The notes beneath the pieces are model-generated. The model worked only from the letters and a program-made list of their open reading frames with translations, ran no database searches and was not told the DNA's origin. Shown here piece by piece: positions 61,345-64,000 of a stretch of DNA of 64,000 bases (position 1 is its first letter; each line of letters begins with the position of its first letter). The translations under genes and the position numbers were made by a program. The stretch is taken from positions 124,001-188,000 of the IMG/VR virus record IMGVR_UViG_3300017917_002466. One strand, 5' to 3'.

Positions 61345-62127
61345 TTATGTCTTATTAAGTTTACAGATTGGTGGCATATTCATTTTATGAAAACTATTAT
61401 TATGTCTCTTAACATAAATTGTTAAAATTTCTTTTTGTCTATCTGTTAATTCTATAAACATTCTTTCATAAACTTTTACTGGCAAATATGAATACTTTTC
61501 ATAATATTCCATTGCCCATTCAAGTTCAGGATAAGTTGCACCTATCTGATCTTCATCCGAACGATCATCTTCCCATAATCCGTCTGTAGGTTTTGCTTCA
61601 ACAATCTCTTTATTAATATCAAAATGTTTAGACAAATCCCATACTTCAGTCTTCAATAAATCACCAATTGGACTAATATCAACTCCACCATCTCCATACT
61701 TTGTAAAAAAACCTACACCAAAATCTTCAACTTTATTTCCAGTACCAGCTACAACATACCCATAACTATTAGCAAAGTTATACAAAGTCACCATTCTTAA
61801 ACGCGATCTGGCATTTACTAAAGCTAAATCTGAAATTGCATCAAATGGAATACTTTTTTTCCATACTTCAAAAGTTTCCGTCAAATCAACCTCAAAAGAA
61901 GTAACATTCGTAAAATTCCTTTTCAACCAATTCATATGGTTATGGGCTCTATCTAAATGAGATTTTGGTTGATGAATTGGCATTGAAACAACAATAACGG
62001 GTTTTTTAGTTTTAGCACAAAGAGTACTAACTAATGCAGAGTCAACCCCACCACTAATACCAATAACAAAACCATTGTAACTCTGTAGCCAATTAACAAT
62101 TTGTTTTTCAACTTTAATGCAGTCCAT
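61345..62127 (-). CDS. nadE: NH3-dependent NAD+ synthetase
   Basis: GISGGVDS, N.RSRLRM, GTGNK.E, GFFTKYGDG, PTDGLW. Confidence 0.93.
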   Translation of the reverse strand: MDCIKVEKQIVNWLQSYNGFVIGISGGVDSALVSTLCAKTKKPVIVVSMPIHQPKSHLDRAHNHMNWLKRNFTNVTSFEVDLTETFEVWKKSIPFDAISDLALVNARSRLRMVTLYNFANSYGYVVAGTGNKVEDFGVGFFTKYGDGGVDISPIGDLLKTEVWDLSKHFDINKEIVEAKPTDGLWEDDRSDEDQIGATYPELEWAMEYYEKYSYLPVKVYERMFIELTDRQKEILTIYVKRHNNSFHKMNMPPICKLNKT

Positions 62128-62144
62128 AACACTTTATTTTCGTA

Positions 62145-62675
62145 TTAAAGTTTTGCTACTGCAAAGTGCGCTCCAGCAGCGCGCATTTCTTTGATTGCTA
62201 CTTCGGTAGTTTCTGGAGCAACCCCAGCAATTGCATTCTCAAAGACGTAAGTCTTAATCCCAAGTTTACAAAGACCAAGAACAGCCGCCTTCACACAGTA
62301 GTCAGTGGCAACTCCAGCGATCCAAGCATCAGTAATCTTATTCTTTTTCAACCAATCTACAATCTCCTTGCTTCCAAGTTCTGGATGAAAAACATCATAA
62401 GTCTTTTTATTAAAAACCACTGCTTTATTAGCGGCACATTCTATTATACTAGCTTGTCCGCTGGTTTCTGTTATACAATGAGGTGGAAAAATCTTAAACT
62501 CTGGATCGTTGACATCGTGACAGTCCATTGTCTTGATAAGAAGAATATTGTCTTCTTTAACCATTTCTGTAATTTTGGCAAGAACTGGCCTAATTTTATC
62601 GGTATTCGGAACAGCCAGTGTTCCACCAAAAAAGAAATCATTTTGACAATCAACTAGAACAATTACCTTTTTCAT
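62145..62675 (-). CDS. pncA: nicotinamidase
   Basis: VDCQNDF..GGTLAV, PPHC, GVATDYCV. Confidence 0.9.
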   Translation of the reverse strand: MKKVIVLVDCQNDFFFGGTLAVPNTDKIRPVLAKITEMVKEDNILLIKTMDCHDVNDPEFKIFPPHCITETSGQASIIECAANKAVVFNKKTYDVFHPELGSKEIVDWLKKNKITDAWIAGVATDYCVKAAVLGLCKLGIKTYVFENAIAGVAPETTEVAIKEMRAAGAHFAVAKL

Positions 62676-62741
62676 ACTATATACTCCTTTGTTGAGTTCA
62701 CAATAATATAATATCTTGTAACAAGTTTGTCAAGGACAATC

Positions 62742-62897
62742 TATAAATACCTTTAGAAGTTGGGAGACAAGGGCCGTACACCTTTTTCTTGCCAATCCAA
62801 GAATTACCTCAACTTCCTTACTTATACCTGATTGGAGAGCTATTGTCATAAAGATATTCATAAAAGATTTAGTAAATTTACAACAGAAGAATACTTA
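62742..62897 (+). pseudogene. leader RNA copy 6 fused to HNH C-terminal remnant
   Basis: ccaatc/gattgg pseudoknot; CHKDIHKRFSKFTTEE. Confidence 0.7.
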
Positions 62898-63172
62898 ATT
62901 CTGTTTATCTAGTTTATTAGATTCGTCAAAATATTGTTTGATTATTTTCAAAACTTGAACCCAGAACACCTTTATTGAAAGTTCTTTGGATTCTCTCATA
63001 TTGTTATCCACGTATCTTATCCCTTTTTCAAAATCCAGAGTATCGTGCAAAAAACCTATAAGAATATAATCAAGTTTATTATTCATCTTATTTGGAACCA
63101 TAGACTGAAGTTCAGCTAATTCCTTTATCATCTTGATAACTAAATCTTTCTTAGTCTGATTTTTTCTTACGT

Positions 63173-63275
63173 TCATAGAATGTAGACCTTGACTGTTGTT
63201 TCACCAAAACATTCGTTAATCATCTTCTCAACGATTGACCACTCACCATTGGTCAACCCACAACCAATCTTTATA
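63173..63275 (-). pseudogene. macrodomain C-terminal remnant
   Basis: KIGCGLTNGEWSIVEKMINECF...VKVY matches the macrodomain (P)xIGCGLxGGxW motif. Confidence 0.6.
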
Positions 63276-63552
63276 CTTAATCATTAAAACAACACTCCCT
63301 CGTCCATAAGACGAATCTTTTTTTCTTTTTCACATTTTTCAATACATTCATCACATAGGGCTACTTGATAGACATTTCCATCAAAAAGACTTCCGTATGG
63401 CATTTGAAGAAGAAAAGTCACCCCACCGTTTACATTGTTGAATGATTTGTTAAGGATACTCTCAAGCTTCTTTCCGCAAATCATACAGACTGGCTTCTTA
63501 AATTTCTTCTTGTTGTTCATTTCTTCCTCCGTTAAATATTTATCATTAAAAA

Positions 63553-63656
63553 TATAAATACAAGTAGAAGTTAAAAGACAGCGTAGGCATACGTTTCTTT
63601 GCTCACTCAAAGATTATTTTAACTTCACTAACATAAACCTAGTGAGAGGTATATCT
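63553..63656 (+). ncRNA. TATAAATA promoter plus structured pseudoknot leader RNA, copy 7
   Basis: gaagttaaaa/ttttaacttc; tctttg-ctcact-caaaga; agtgag(agg). Confidence 0.8.
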
Positions 63657-64000
63657 ATGCGTCCTAAAATTATCAAAGATGAATTTATCCAGAAAGCTAA
63701 TTTTATTCATAATAATAAATTTAATTATGATTTAGTTGTTTTTAACAACGCAAATGATAAAATAACTATCAAATGTAATGATTGTCAAAATATATTTATT
63801 CAAAGATTAAGTTCACACATAGAAAAAAATCACCCTAAAGGATGCCCAAATTGTGCAATAAAACAACAATCCAATGTTCGTTTATATAAAGCATCAAACA
63901 AATTTCATAAAACTATTCAAATTAAACAACCAGATATTGATTTTTCAAAAGATACTTATAGTGGTTGGAATAAGCCTTATAAATGTATTTGTAAAAAATG
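63657..64000 (+). CDS. free-standing endonuclease-type protein with zinc-ribbon repeat, runs off the window
   Basis: MRPKIIKDEFIQKANFIHNNKFNY...C..C...GCPNC, same N-terminal family as 12265..12957. Confidence 0.7.
   Translation, partial: MRPKIIKDEFIQKANFIHNNKFNYDLVVFNNANDKITIKCNDCQNIFIQRLSSHIEKNHPKGCPNCAIKQQSNVRLYKASNKFHKTIQIKQPDIDFSKDTYSGWNKPYKCICKK

Noticed and set aside
63521-63610. N-terminal part of ORF 63284..63610
   Set aside because: It is the antisense of the leader RNA; the likely start is MNNKKK at 63520 with a GGAGG RBS
1-64000. Alternative genetic code (stop codon reassignment)
   Set aside because: Long enzyme genes are intact in the standard code and end in all three stop codons

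Overview
AT-rich segment of a large (jumbo-type) bacteriophage genome, standard genetic code, with no structural, replication or integrase genes in the window. (1) 1-17.9 kb: minus-strand early region of small ORFs, most with their own TTGACA-N17-TATATT promoter, plus a non-canonical tRNA-like RNA. (2) 17.9-23.6 kb: divergent non-coding switch region, then a plus-strand run of about 17 small ORFs mostly starting M-x-[RK]-W. (3) Two GC-richer integron-like gene cassette arrays on the minus strand (4824-7644, about 8 cassettes; 25633-33855, about 26 cassettes). Each is headed by the same 40-bp attI-like site. Unusually, most ORFs read through their attC site, so the attC encodes the C-terminus. 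Many gene bodies are also bounded by their own extended inverted repeats, and body and attC modules appear reassorted. (4) Seven copies of a TATAAATA-promoted structured leader RNA (six with a covarying pseudoknot over the Shine-Dalgarno), in front of intact or internally deleted free-standing endonuclease genes. (5) 34-64 kb: auxiliary genes including a methyltransferase, SLOG protein, patatin, VWA+AAA pair, exonuclease, ATP-grasp, Thg1, nucleotidyltransferase, ArdC-like protein, SPFH protein and a complete PncA-PncB-NadD-NadE NAD+ salvage set with a NUDIX hydrolase. All alignments, folds and counts were done by eye; family calls rest on motif recognition, not database searches.
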